Assembly (NCBI RefSeq): GCF_009914755.1
Contig: NC_060945.1
Strand: one strand, 5' to 3'
Source of the DNA: the human T2T-CHM13v2.0 reference genome, Homo sapiens
DNA: 64,000 nt
Both the position numbers and the translations under genes were made by a program. Of this stretch, positions 14,647 to 28,283 are shown piece by piece (position 1 is the first letter of the stretch; the number at the start of each line of letters is the position of its first letter). The notes beneath the pieces are model-generated. The model had not been told where the DNA came from and made no database searches. It saw nothing but the letters and a program-made list of their open reading frames with translations.

Positions 14647-15619
14647 CATGGATATTGTGGAAATGATGTATTATTTCTGGCCCTGCTGTATATCCATTTT
14701 GACCTTTGTTACCTATTGCTTTGAAATTCTCTTTTCAATATTAGGGGAGGGGAGTAAGCCAACTTAATTACTGGATATTCAGGGAACAGGAATGATACTA
14801 CTTTACCAAGATCTTTGAACTCCATCCCAACAAATCTTTCTTCCACGAATCTAACACATCACAACACTGATTCCAACATAAAAGGATTAATTTTAATTTC
14901 CTTTTCCATTCAATTCCAACATGCATGTTTCTTGCAAAGGTGCAAATGAGCTGTGAAATGGTAGGATTACTAGAAAACATTTCTGAGAGAAGCAACATTC
15001 TGAAGAATTGATTCACAGGGAAGATAATAAAATTATGGCTACTTAAGGGGAATATATTTCTACTTGACAGACAATGGGATTGTAACTATTGAATTATCTC
15101 TGAGAAGAAAGATCATTACAGGGAAATCATGACAAGATGATGTCTTTCAGCATCCTGCCCACCATCTTACATCAGTACAGCTGTGCTTTAACTTAGAGAC
15201 ATGGTATTCATGCTGCTTTTGGGGAAAAATAAAGCATAAAATTACCTAGAATCCTTTGTTATGAGGTGTCATTTTCTATTATGCTTTGTACACTGACATT
15301 TCACAATAATAAAATTCTAAGTAGTCATGCCTCTGCCTTCAGGGTAGCTAAACCATGATTGAATGAAATTTACCTACTAAAGTCTGGTTTTCTGAATAAA
15401 AGAGGTCAGGACATAGACCCGTACTCTCCAAATTTCATGTTCTAGTAAAATCATTTAAATGAGATGTAGTTGTAACATATGAAAATAACTCTATGTTTCC
15501 ATTTTGTGTTACAACAATGGATTTTGAATCTCATATTTCAGACCTCAGTCACAAAGATAATTTTATACATTTTTGTAATTATGACTGGGGCCTTGCCCAG
15601 GCTAATTAACCTAGTTTCT

Positions 15620-15950
15620 CTTCTTCTACTAAAGGCCAGATCTTCACAAGTGTCCTGGGACACTCTGCCTCTCCTCTCCTCAGGGACTTTAACTCTCGAG
15701 TTATTATGTCTTGATCATGCATCTTTAAATTCTCCCTCTCAGCTGGATAATTTTCTTTAGGAGGCACATAACCTGCACTATCACCAACATTAAAAATTAA
15801 AACAAAACTAAAAGATAAACTTTCCTTTGATGCCTATCTTTCCAATACAAATTTTCTCCATTCCTTTATAGCCAAATGCTGTCAAAGGATTGTCTATACC
15901 CACAGTGTCTACTCTCTTTTGTTCCATTCAGCATTTCTTTGTCACTATCA
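15620..15950 (+). mobile_element. L2 fragment
   Basis: Degenerate pyrimidine-rich L2 ORF2 region (cctttatagccaaa...ttgtctatac). Confidence 0.5.
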
Positions 15951-16187
15951 TACACACTTTAGACAATAAGAAAAATATAGAGAAAATTTAGTAGTAACTT
16001 GTGTAATTCCTATCCACTTTTGTCAAATCCCAAAACTTTGGGAAATTTGTTTCACAATTTTTAAAAGTAAAATAACTGGTTAAAATAAACCCCTCTCTAG
16101 CCCCCAAATCCCATTCCAAGGTATCCGTGATATTCTGAATTTGTATCTACTGCTTATTATCAAGGTATTAATAAATAAGACATAGGG

Positions 16188-16615
16188 TGTATTAGGCCAT
16201 TATTGCATTGCTATGAAGAAATACCTGAGATTGGATAATTTACATTTTTTACAGAGGAGGTTTAATTGGCTTGTAGTTCTGTAGGCTGTATAAGCATGGC
16301 ACCAACATCACTTGGCTTCTGGGGAGGTCTCAGGGAGCACTTACTCATGGCAGAAGGTGAAGCAGGAGCAGGCACATCACATGGCAAAAGAAGAAGCAAG
16401 AGAGAGTTAGAGCAAGGTGCTCTACACTTTTAAGCAACCAGATCTCTCAACAACTCACTCACCACTGTGAGGAGAGCACCAAGGAGCTGGTGCTAAACCA
16501 CTTACAAGAAATCCACCCACATGATCCAATCACCTCCCACCAGGCCTCACCTCCAATACTGGGGATTACAATTCAACATGAGATTTGGGTGGGGACACAT
16601 ATCCAAACTATATCA
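16188..16615 (-). mobile_element. MSTA/B MaLR solo LTR
   Basis: tgtattaggccattattgcattgct...atccaaactatatca. Confidence 0.9.
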
Positions 16616-16731
16616 ACTATATTGTAGGGATATTACACAGTTCTTAAATCTCATGTAAATGGCATTCTTCTGCAGCTTCCTTTGTTCACTTAACAATATG
16701 TTTTTGTGATTTTTTTCCATGATGATGATGA

Positions 16732-16775
<44 letters not shown>
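16732..16775. repeat. (TATC)11 microsatellite
   Basis: Pure tetranucleotide run. Confidence 0.97.
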
Positions 16776-16776
<1 letters not shown>

Positions 16777-17905
16777 CTGGCTTACTCATTTTCCACTGCT
16801 GTATAGTTTTCTATTGTTTGAATTTGTGATAATATACTTATGCTTTCTCCTCTAGAATAATATACAGGTTGTTATTAATTTTGCTGTATGAAAACAAACC
16901 ATGCTGCAAAAAAAGTTCTTGTAAATTTTCTTAGGCATTACTCTAGTGAGAAGAATTAACAGGTTGTAGAATATGTGTGCATTCAAGTTTACTAATCAAC
17001 TTAACATGACATTGCAAAGTACCTTTCCAAGGTGAAAACACTTAGGTTATTGTCTTCCTTGAGACTACAAAACTCACCATGTTTCCCCTGCTATTTTTAA
17101 TTTTGGATTGAGAAATTATCTTCATCCTGGCTTTATCAGTGAGAATTCTCTGCTGCCAGAATGGAGGGTGTGTCAGGTACTCAAGTGTATCATCCGCCAG
17201 AAACAATTTTTATGTTAATTTCCCAAATTTCTTAGTTTAGTAAATTCATATCCCTAAATCCACAATATAGTGATTATAAATTCTCAGGTGAGATCCCTCC
17301 CTCCCCCAAGACCCATTAGAGACAGGCAAGATTTCTTGTTGTTACATATTTTTCTCCTAATCCATGTGTTCCATGAGGGGAAGCTTTTTGAGGATCATTG
17401 CATTATGCAATTTTGGGTTTTATTTTCAACTCACTTTACCATCTTCATAGCCTTCTCTTTTGTTCCTGTGTGGTTTTCCAGACTAAGCCCTGTTGTTACT
17501 GAAACTGGCAAGCTCACTGCCAGGGCAGCGACAGGATGCATCTGTGTTTGCCTCCTAGGTATTTCCCTGGCCTTCTCAGAAATTAGCCCTTCTTTTCAAC
17601 AATATTTGCAATATTTTATTCAGCATTTTGTAGCACAAGTTAGATTCATCTATGACAGACTTTGTAGCGCAAGGTAGACTCATCTATTGTCAGAGAGTAC
17701 ATACAATCAAAAAAGATGTCAAGTCCTAATTTTTCTCTCTAGCTAGCTTTCTCTTTTAAACTCTACCTGACTTACACATTTAGATGAGAGAATGTGTTGT
17801 CTAAGTGGAAAAGTTTAACATGTTGAGTTTAACTTATCCAAAAGTAGACTCTTTTAACATGTCAAGCTTAATATATGCACAGCTTGTCTCTTGGCTCTCA
17901 TAACG

Positions 17906-17970
17906 TGTGTACTAGTTAGGATGCTCCAGGAAATCAGAACTAATAGGAAGGATGGATGGATGGATAGATG

Positions 17971-18015
<45 letters not shown>

Positions 18016-18410
18016 AAAGATGGAGATTTATTATGGAAATTGACTCATGTAATTGTAGAGGAGCAGAGGTCCCACAACATGCTGTCTATAAGCTGGAGAT
18101 CCAGGAAAGCCAGTGGTTCTGTTCCTCCCAAGTCTGAAGGTCCAAGAACCAGAAGCACTAAAATCCAAGGGCAAAAGAGAATTGATGTTCCAGCTCAAAA
18201 AGAGAGAGAGAGAATTGATCTTTCACTGTCTTCTCATTCTATTGGGGCCCCACAACAGATTGGATGATGCCTGTCTATATTGGTGAGGCCTTCTTTATTC
18301 AGTCCACTTATGCAAATGCTAATCTCTTCTGGAAACATCATCACAGATACACTGAGAAATAATGTTGTATCAGCTCTCTGGGATATCCCTTAGCCCAGTC
18401 AAGCTGATAT
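17906..18410 (-). mobile_element. MLT2B/C-like ERVL solo LTR containing a (GGAT)n(GATA)11 STR at 17950-18014
   Basis: cagaactaatagga...gagatttattatggaaattgactcatg...cccagtcaagctga. Confidence 0.85.
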
Positions 18411-18559
18411 CTTGCTTCTCTTTTTCTTTGTCACTTCTGAGTCAATGTTGTCATAATCTACCTAGTTGTTTAGGCCAGAAACATGAGTGTCTTTTTGACT
18501 ATACACTTATCTCTATACTTGATGTATTACCAGTTGTACTAGATTCTTTCTTAAAAACA

Positions 18560-18988
18560 TACATGCTGGTTCCTGGTCTGTCTGAATTTTTCAGGCCTCA
18601 ATGTAAGCTGGCTTCCAGTGGGACTTTGTCAGTGGGAATCACTATAGGGTAATCGACAGTGGGAGAGACCTATAAATCTCGTCTTGAGCGGTATTCTTTG
18701 CAATAGCTTCATCACCTCCCTGGTTTCAGCTCCCTCTGGACTGGCCCATCATGGTTCCCACTTCTACCAAATGACTCAGCCTTGGATTCTGCTAGTATCA
18801 CTTCCTACCTTTAGTCCTCCAGCCTTAGGGTGGTGGTTTCTTGATGTTATTTCATTGTGTCACCACCAACTATGTTTAACTTCTTTTCCATTCCATTGTA
18901 GGGAAAACCAATTCTTTGTATTAATTTTTCTCATTTTAAGTTACTTAGAGTGGATTCTGCTTTTTTGGTTAGACTCTAACTGGTACAA
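18560..18988 (+). mobile_element. LTR33-like ERVL LTR inside an L2
   Basis: 3' end tacttagagtggattctgctttt...ctctaactggtaca resembles LTR33. Confidence 0.5.
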
Positions 18989-18989
18989 T

Positions 18990-19985
18990 ATATTCCCCCC
19001 CCCCCGGATTATTGCCAGGGAGCCTTCCAACTTGTATCCTTGCTTTCATTCTCAACTCTCCAATCTACTCGTATTACTGTAAATAGCTCATGTCATTGGA
19101 TTTTCACTGCGTTTAGAATGAAACATGAATTGCCTAACAAGAATTATAGGCTCACCTACAACTTTTCAGTCTCAGTCTATACCACACATCCCCGTTCAAT
19201 ATTTGGTAGCTCTGCTGTTGCTGGTACTTTTTCTTCTACTGAAAATGACAAGCACTTTTCTACTTCTGAAAAGTAGAAAACTTTCTACTTGGCACATACG
19301 ATGCCCTCTGCTTAAAATGCTATTCGCCTCTGAGTCCTAACTGAAGGTGATTCATCTTTTGGGCCTCAGTTTGAGTCACCTCCTTACAAATATCTTTTTT
19401 TTTTCTTTTTTTTTTTTTGAGATGGAGTCTCGCTCTGTCACCCAGACTGAAGTGCACTGGTGCGATCTCGGCTCACTGAAACCTCCACCTCCCAGTTTCA
19501 AGAGATTCTCCTGCCTGAGCCTCCTGAGTAGCTGGAACTACTGGCACGTGCCACCACACCCAGCTAATTTTTGTGTTTTTTGTTTTGTTTTGTTTTGTTT
19601 TTTAGCAGAGACGGGGTTTCACTATGCTGTCCAGGCTGGTCTCGAACTCCTGACCTCAAATGATCCACCTGCCTCGGCCTCCCAAAGTGCTGGGATTACA
19701 GCTGTGAGCCACTGCGCCCGGTCCCTCACAAATAGTTGATCACTGAAACCAAAGTACACCCGCTTGTTACCGGCTTTAGAGCACCTTTTGCTTCCTCGAG
19801 TGTTATCACAGTTTGAAATTATCTACTCACTTATGAATTAGTTGGTTCAGTGTCTTTCCCCAGTTTGGGAGCTCTGTGAATTTGGACTCGGGATGGGTCT
19901 GTTTCCCACTGTATCCTGTGTCCCCAGCAGTGTCTGACACAGAAGATGCTCCATCAATATTCGGGAATACATGTTAAATGCAACA
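18990..19985 (+). mobile_element. L2 3' region interrupted by Alu
   Basis: L2 3' end cactgtatcc...cagcagtgtctgacacagaagatgctccatcaatatt. Confidence 0.6.
19395..19723 (-). mobile_element. AluSx-like SINE
   Basis: Reverse Alu with T-tail; near-TSD cttacaaata/ctcacaaata. Confidence 0.97.
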
Positions 19986-21312
19986 ATAGAGGGATTCTTA
20001 ACGTTTATTTTTTCAAGCACATTAATAAATAATTAGTTTGGATTTGAAATTGAACACACTGGAGAATAGTTCATAATTGTGCCCAAACTGGATGGCATTT
20101 TTCTCACCGACCTGAGGCAGGATTTGATTTGCCTTCAGGTTGCCTAAGCAGCATGCTTTGCTCTTTTGCCTGGGTGCTCTTCATGAACTCTTGCATTTGA
20201 TACCTTTAGAAAGTAAAATAAAACAAGAGAAGCACTGGAGCGAACTCTCTTTAAATGCGAAAGGATTTTCTGGGTCGAAAAAGAGGCCTTTTTCAAGAAA
20301 TCCCCAGGAAAGCGTGGTTTCCTTACCCATTTCCATGATTCTTCTTCTCAGCAGGCTCTCCTAAAAATAGTTGCCATCTGTGGCTAAGAGCACCGCAGAC
20401 TGCAGGCCCCGAGGCGCAGCAAAGGTGGGTGTTCAAGCTAGAGGCTGGCATGCAGGTCTGGCTGGAAGGAAGAAACTATCAATAGGCTGAACATCAAATA
20501 AAACGAGCCGCGATTTAGTTAAGAAATTCCATTTAAACATCAGACACATGCAAAGACACCTTTAGGACTCACATAAAATTTTATTTCTTACCGATATCCT
20601 TCCTTGGGCACAGAAGACCAAATATACCATGATCTATAATTATCTACCTTTCTTTCTGTTTGAACAATGGCTTGTTGCCTAGAAACTGGGGTGATAGGTA
20701 TGCCATAAATACATGCTCGAAACAGCTCTTTTTTTTTTTTTTTTGCTGGATCAATTTTTTTTTCATACTGCTTCTATTGTTATGAAGGTTCATTAAAATA
20801 CATTCGTATTCTGGATTTGTTTGTTTGGAATAAGTACAAACTGTGTATGCCCAATTAAGTATGAATAAAATATTACAGTTTCATTTGCCTTTCAATTCAT
20901 TATCTGACATGACTTGGCTTCTATGGAAAACAACTATTTGTGTGTCATGGAAGAGTACACAGTTAAAAAGTTGTTTATCTAGCACTCTATCAGCTGGAAC
21001 TCTTCTAACTGATAATTTCTCCCACATGTAGTGCAATGAAAACTAGTATTTATAATGATGGTATTGAAAAACAAGGAATTATCACAAAATTAGTGAATTA
21101 ATACAATCTCATAATTTTATGTACCTGAGAACTGAGCCTCTGACAGATGATCTGCCCCCAGATGTCATGGTTAGTGATGGCTCTGGGACTGGAATTGGAA
21201 TTTTCTGATACCCATGCCAATGAACTCACCATCTTATCCCCTTGCCTGAAATTTCCTTCCATCTGCAAAATTTTGATTCTAAACGTACAGATCTGTCAGT
21301 GCCAGAAAATGA

Positions 21313-21638
<326 letters not shown>

Positions 21639-21665
21639 CTCTGTGGTTTTCTAATGTCAAAAGCA

Positions 21666-22189
21666 CTTTTTAAAATTTTAAATGTTTAAAATTTACATTT
21701 CAATACCTTTTTGGGGAACAGGTGGTGTTTGGTTACATGAATAAGTTCTTTAGTGGTGATTTCTGAGATTTTGGTTCACCTATCACCTGAGCAGTGTACA
21801 CCGTACCCAGTGTATAGTCTTTTATCCCTCAGCCCACTCCCACCATTTCCCCTGAGTCCCCAAAGTCCATTGTATCATTTTTATGTCTTTGTGTCCTCAT
21901 AGCTTAACTGCCACTTATGAATGAGAGCATAAAATGTTTGATTTTCTATTCCTGACTTACTTCACTTAGAATAATGGTCTCCAATTCCATCCAGATTGCT
22001 GCAAATGCCATTATTTCATTCCCTTATATGGTTGAGTAGTATTCCAGGGTATATATATGTATATACATATATCACATTTTCTTTATCCACTGGTTGATTG
22101 ATGGGCATTTGGGCTGGTTCTATATTTTTGCAATTGCAAATTGTGCTGCCATAAACATGCATGTACAAGTGTCTTTTTTGTATAATGTG
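21666..22189 (-). mobile_element. 5'-truncated L1PB1-like LINE
   Basis: ggggaacaggtggtgtttggttacatgaataagttc 3' UTR; 13-bp TSD aatgtcaaaagca at 21653 and 22190. Confidence 0.92.
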
Positions 22190-22939
22190 AATGTCAAAAG
22201 CATTTTAATGTCTCAGTCCTTTATCTTGTTAGTCACAGTGATTGTTCATGTAATAAACTCTGATGACAAATCCCTTTCAAGTCTTCTACATAATCAGAAA
22301 TCAGTTATACTGAATATTAGTTTTATTTTTTAAACCGTCATTATATTACAGTTGTCCACAAACAGAATAGATAAAAGTGTATGGAAGTCAGGAAGTGTAG
22401 TAATCAAACACTCATGCATTCACCGTACCAGGTAAGAACTAGCATATAATATTTGTTGAAGCTACCTTTGTGTTCCTCCTCCCCTTTGGGGTTAAGTAAA
22501 TTTGTCATTCTTGAGTCTTCAAAAATGTCTATATGTATAGGGTACATAGTAACTCTACCCAGTGCAATTAAACAGGAAATATTCCTCCATTACACTGTAT
22601 TCATGCACTAATTTATGCACTGAAACTATCATTCATTTATTCAATCCTTAATACCAATGTTAAAGCACTGCTTCAGAAGATATGGAGAGAGATTATACTA
22701 CATTAAGTAATATAATTTTATGCATTATAGAATAGAGTATGTATATGTATAATCAATATCTATATTTTTTCTCAAGATATTTTAACTATTATCAAAGGCT
22801 AGATGTTCAACAGGACATTATACATTTCTTTGATTTTTAAGTACTAACATTAATAATATCCATCAATTATTGGATGCTTAGTCCATGCTAGGCACTCTAT
22901 GATTACTGTCTCTTTTAATATTATGACAACCTTTTGATG

Positions 22940-23282
22940 TAGTTTATCATTTGGACCATGTGAATGACTGTAACAAGCATCGCAAAATCTCAGCAGCTTA
23001 ACAAAGAGAGATTTGTTTCTTACTCATCTCGAAGTCCCTTTTCTTTAAGCAGTGATTCAGGGATCCAGGCTTCTTCCTTTGGACCATTGGAGCCAAAGGG
23101 CTCATGGAACATTTTAGAGGCCAGGTCTGGAAATGACATGCACCTGTTCTGCTCACATGCCATTGACCTGAATTAATAACAGCATCCACGTGGTTCAAGT
23201 TAAGCTGGGAAGTGTAGTCTACCTGTGTGCCCAAATAGAAAATAAAATTATTTGGAAAACTCATAGTATTTTCTCTGCCACA
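22940..23282 (-). mobile_element. Old MLT1 (I/J/K-like) LTR within a MIR
   Basis: aaaatctcagcagcttaaca...cagggatccaggcttcttcc...tctctgccaca. Confidence 0.6.
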
Positions 23283-24600
23283 TAAATAAAATTAGGTGCT
23301 GTCTTTATTATTAATATTTTCAATTTATATTTGAGAAAGTCAAGGCTTAAAAAGATAAAAGGACTTGCTCATGGTAGGTAAATTGTTGAGCTAAGATTCT
23401 CAGAAGACACATCCTTACCTACTACACAATACAGTCTCCCAGCTCTTTCTTGAACAAATCAATGTTCATTATACCAGTGGTCTATATTGTTGTAACACAT
23501 TGCAACTAATAAGGAAAACATGCATGGATTTCCTTTAGAAATTAAATGATTGCTTAAGTATTTTTCTAAAATAAACCAGCATACCTACTTCTTGCATATT
23601 TTATTTTCTGAGTCATTGGCTTCGAGTAAATGATTTTGAGTGTTCATAAATCAGATGAAAACAAATTATTTGTTTTAACTGCATCAGGGATAATTAATTA
23701 TTGGACAATTTGAGCTTTTTAAAATTTTGCTTTGTGGAATTTAGACTCAGAGTTAAATATAACTTCCCTTAATGATGACTAAATTAAACGAAATTACAAC
23801 TGTCTTATCTACATGGATAATTGGGCCATCCACATGAGGCACTTCCAATTCTGAATTAATCATCTATTGCTTTTTTTCATAAGCTATGTTGATATTTTAC
23901 CACGACTTAGGACTAACTAAGGTGGTAAATTAAAAATCTGTTTTTTCATTTTGATGATAGCTCTACACAATTTCTATATTGGTGCAAATGTTGAGTTCTT
24001 ACATTTAGTTGGAAATATTTTTTAAATAACTTCATATGTAAATGTTATATGGAACCATTCTCCTTCACCTAGGAACTATATGGAATGTCCCAACTCCTTA
24101 ATATTCTCAAAATTTTTGGCACCAAGAAAGGATAATCAGAAATGAAACCAAATGTTGAGGTAAAAATCAAATAAGCACTATGTCCCTGTTCTCTCTTTTA
24201 GTGGAGTTGTTCAAAGTATCACGGTATTTGATAAGCCCAAATTCATGATGTAAGTTTTGAAATAATTATCAGTGAACAGCATTGTTCTCTGTTATGATTT
24301 ATAGAGTTGCTCTGAAGTTTTTGTTTTGTTTTGTTTTGTTCTGTTTGGAAGGGAGTGTGATAAAGAGAGCACTTTTGTCCCTAACTTGCTGTAGAGCTTT
24401 TCAAAAATTGTTAAATGTCTTGTAGGATGCTTTGTTGGCAAGCATGAGATAACTGTATTGACTTGTGTGCCTCAGCTCCAGAGAAAACAAAATTAGTTTA
24501 CTGGAGCAAAAAATGTTTTGAAAATTTATATAAATTCTACAAAGAAATGTCTAAAAACTTCTGATTTTGCACTGGACACCTCTCAGCCAAAATGGTAGAA

Positions 24601-25619
24601 TGGTCAGGGGTTGAATTGTGACCCCCAAAAAGATACTTTGAAGACCTATCCCATGTACCTGAGAATGTGACCTTATTTGGAAATAGGGTCTTTGCAGATG
24701 TAATCAAGTTATGATGAGGTCATTAGGATGGGCCCTAATCCAATATGACTGATGCCTTATAAGAAAAGGGAAGACTATATCAAGAGAAACACACAAGGAG
24801 AGAGCACCAGGTGGGCACAGATGTAGAGACTGAAACCATGTAGCTGTAAGCCAAGGATTGGACAGGATTGATGGTCGCCATCAGAAGCTAGGAAGAGGCA
24901 AGGAAATATTCTGTTACTGGAAAGGGGTCCAGATCCAGACCCCCAAAGAGGGCTCTTGGATCTCTTGCAAGAAAGAATTCAGGACAAGTCCATAGAGTAA
25001 AGTGAAAACAAGTTTATTAAGAGAGTGAAAGAATAAAGAATGGCCATTCCATAGGCAGAACAGTCCCGAGGGCTGCTGGTTGCCCATTTTTATGGTTATT
25101 TCTTGATTACACGCTAAACAATGAGATGAGTGGATTGTTCATGCCTCCCCTCTTTAGGCCATTTAAGGTATCTTCCTGACATTGCCATGGCATTTGTTAA
25201 CTATCATGGCGTTGATGGGAGTGTAGCAGTGACGACGACCAGAGGTCACTCTCATCACCATCTTGGTTTTGATGGATTTTAGCTGGCTTCTTTACTGCAA
25301 ACTGTTTTATCAGCAAGGCCTTTGTGGCCTGTATCTTGTGCCGATCTCCTATCTCATCCTGTGACTTTGGAATGCCCAACCTCCTGGGAATGCAGCCCAG
25401 TAGGTCTCAGCTTCACTTTACCCAGCCCCTATTCCAGATAGAGTCACTCTGGTTCAAAAGCCTCTGATATTTCTATCCAAAGACTCAGAGGGAGTGTGCC
25501 CCTATGAGTGCCTTAAGTTTGGACTTCTAGTCTTCAGAACTGTGCAAAAGTAAATTTCTGTTGTTTTAAACCACCCAGTTTGTGGTACATTGTTACAGGA
25601 GTTCTAGGAAACACATACA
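24601..25619 (+). mobile_element. MLT1B/C MaLR LTR split by MER41
   Basis: gaatgtgaccttatttggaaatagggtctttgcagatgtaat... resumes after 25469 and ends ctaggaaacacataca. Confidence 0.88.
24912..25469 (-). mobile_element. MER41A ERV1 solo LTR
   Basis: tgttactggaaaggggtccagatccagaccccc...cctctgata; near-TSD attc/tttc; has the A-type short junction ttcatgcctcccc. Confidence 0.88.
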
Positions 25620-26113
25620 AATGGCTGCAAGTCAAACATGCAAAAGGGAAAGCTGTTTTTACTTATTTGCTTCTCTTTTCTCTTGGGGTTGGAGGAGAAT
25701 CCCTGCCATGGAGCCAGCGACCTAGGGCCTGAGAGTGTGGCTTTAGGCCCTTGAGGTGGTGCCTCAAGTAACTCCATGGAAGTCACAAAAATCAAGTAGA
25801 TTAAAGACCTGAGTGTCCCCCCGCCCCTCCGCATGTTCTTATGATAATGGGAGTGGAGTTGGTGATCAGGTGGGCTGTTTGTTACAACAAAGTATTTGTA
25901 GAAGATAAAAGGTTTGTAAAACTAAGCAATACATCTTTTCTTCAACAAACCCTGTCTCACTTTCTGTTATGTGCCTGTGGTCCTCTCTACTGCCCAGGAA
26001 GCTGGGTCATTCCACTTTCTCTGATCTAAGAGAAATTGCAGAGATGAAGGAGGGCTTGGCAGTTCGGGGACTAGCAGCCGGTGGTCAGCATCAGAACCAG
26101 TACCATCAAAAAA

Positions 26114-26146
26114 CTGCAATGATAGTTGTCAACACTAGGTGGCACC
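26114..26146 (+). promoter_or_regulatory. Candidate CTCF site with upstream module
   Basis: CTGCAAT, 11-nt spacer, then ACACTAGGTGGCACC; motif match only. Confidence 0.55.
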
Positions 26147-27405
26147 ACAGCAAAGCCTGCAGACGCCCCAGTCTCCAAGGAGTGCCACGCATCCCTGTGC
26201 TAGGAAGTTATAGGAATTCTCCTTCATCTGTGCGTGCCTCTTGCTTTCAGTAACCTACACCTTTCCTTTCAAACAGAAGTGATGCCTACCTGTGGACTAA
26301 GGCAGGGTTCAGCCTTAGAATGGGCTCATAATTCCTAGAGAATCATGATCCTGTAGAAGCAGGTGAAAGCAAAGACACCTGGATGAAAAGTTGAGTAAAA
26401 AAGAAAGCACCAATACCTGTGCTTTGAGTCACTTCACGATGTCCCCACCGCCTCCCTAGCTAAGACAGCCCTGCCACTTTCCCTGCCCTCCCCCACTTTT
26501 GTATGTCCAATTGAACCCTTTCTACAAAAGTCCCTTGAGAATGCCTGTTGTTCTTCTGAGGATGCTGTTAATACTCACTTTAGACATCACCAGGAGGCAC
26601 CCAGTGCGGCTGGCTCCATCTCACAAAATGTGACTTCTGCGATCCCCATCCTTCTTTGTATTTCTGGAAACACATGAACTGTACATTGAGTTGGTAAGAT
26701 CCTTCCTGGAACTTACTCCTGACCACATGATCAAAGCCCTGTGTAGTTTTCATGGTATAAGGCAATAACTCTTACTTAAATTTATTGGTTCTTTTTATAT
26801 ACAAGAGAACAGGTCAACTGCAACCTGTGTTTTAAGCACATTCAAAATACATTATAATTTGTTTTCATTTAACTGTCATCAACTTAGGTGAAAGTCATCC
26901 TTTTTAAGACCTTTGATTTGGAAGGAGTTTTCTCACTTGTGTTACATATTATGCCTTGCCTTTAAAGGTAGTCTTCAAACAAATATAATAATGAAAATTG
27001 GTTTGTATTAATGTAGTGGTAAAAATTTAGGTCTAAGGAGACAGATGAATTAGGTTTCTCGAGTCAATTTGAATGCAACAAAAAAAATCTAGGTTTCTTA
27101 TTTATAACTCCTGCATTTTACAAATCTGTCCATTTGAAGCTGTGGGCTTACATAAATCTGTCACTTGGTACATCAAATAATCTGGGATTGCTTACAATTT
27201 AACCATTAAGATCTTTTCTAATGCAGCTCATTTTTTAGAAAATCGTATTCAAGCATAGATTGCTGGGTTTTATTTAAAATTAAGATTTTTAAGACACAAT
27301 ATTCTCTTTTATTTCAGCTTTAGATCCCTTCCCCAAACAGTAAAAATGCTCGCATAAAAATAAAATATTATGAACAGATTTAGTGGCAGCTGATTCTGGG
27401 TTAAA

Positions 27406-27420
27406 TGCTCCACCTTGTGG
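27406..27420 (-). promoter_or_regulatory. Candidate CTCF core motif
   Basis: Minus strand CCACAAGGTGGAGCA; motif match only. Confidence 0.4.
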
Positions 27421-27801
27421 TTGAATAAGGAAATTTACTTTTTAACTTTTTATTTAATGATGTTAATATGAAAGTTGTCTTCTCTTTTTGTCCTTGGAAG
27501 ACAAAGAGACTGCTGCTGCTGATGGTGAAATTATCCATAATGTGTATATAGATTCACCAAGAAGATATGATTTGGTGGCTTCAGAAGCCAGATTTCGGGG
27601 TACACCAGAGACTCAGCAATTGACATTGGTGCCATCTGGTAAAACGTGACCAAAATGAACCCCAAGTTAGTACCCTGAAGGTTTTACCCTTTGTGTAGAA
27701 ACGTTTCCTAAGTCATTCTACACAATAAATTAATACTACACAATTAATACCTGCACATATAGTCCAGAAGGAAATGAAATGGACAGGTGCCTGTGTGCGC
27801 G

Positions 27802-27803
<2 letters not shown>

Positions 27804-27851
<48 letters not shown>

Positions 27852-27864
27852 TGTGTGTGTGTGT
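27804..27864. repeat. (TG)n microsatellite, ~30 units, one interruption
   Basis: Direct reading. Confidence 0.97.
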
Positions 27865-28283
27865 AGGTGGGGTAAGGGGATAGGAAATTACAGCTCTGAG
27901 GGTGAAACTAATTTAGTTCTATTTTCAGAAGCCTCAAATCTCCACTCCCACTTCTCTTGCAGTATGCAGGAAGGAGGCTGGATCCCATCAATACCTAAGG
28001 AAAGCTCACTATCACTTGCTTTGGAAAATGGAAAATTCCATTCTCATCAGCTTTCTGCAGAACCTGGAGCCATCTCAGCCAACCAGAGTTCTTTCATCGA
28101 GATGGGCCCTACAGATGCTTTCTCCTTTCTTTTCATCCTAAAGAAATGCTACCCTCATATCTGTTTTTACTTCCATAAGCTTATTTTTCTTTTTGTCACA
28201 GAACTTCGTAGGTACATTTTAGGGCACATTAAATTTTAGCTAATACTTATTGCTTCCGAAATAATATCTGTTCTGGTTTTCAA

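Larger units (their letters stand above)
16040..17040 (-). mobile_element. Ancient L1M(E) 3' fragment interrupted by MST LTR and TATC repeat
   Basis: ttcacttaacaatatgttttt...cattttccactgctgtatagt...; L1M 3' UTR-like. Confidence 0.6.

Noticed and set aside
17270-17677. 135-aa hydrophobic ORF
   Set aside because: GTG start, T-rich composition, no recognisable homology or exon structure
27787-28239. 150-aa ORF starting MPVCAPVCVCV
   Set aside because: Kept open by the (TG)n microsatellite; non-ATG start and no domain
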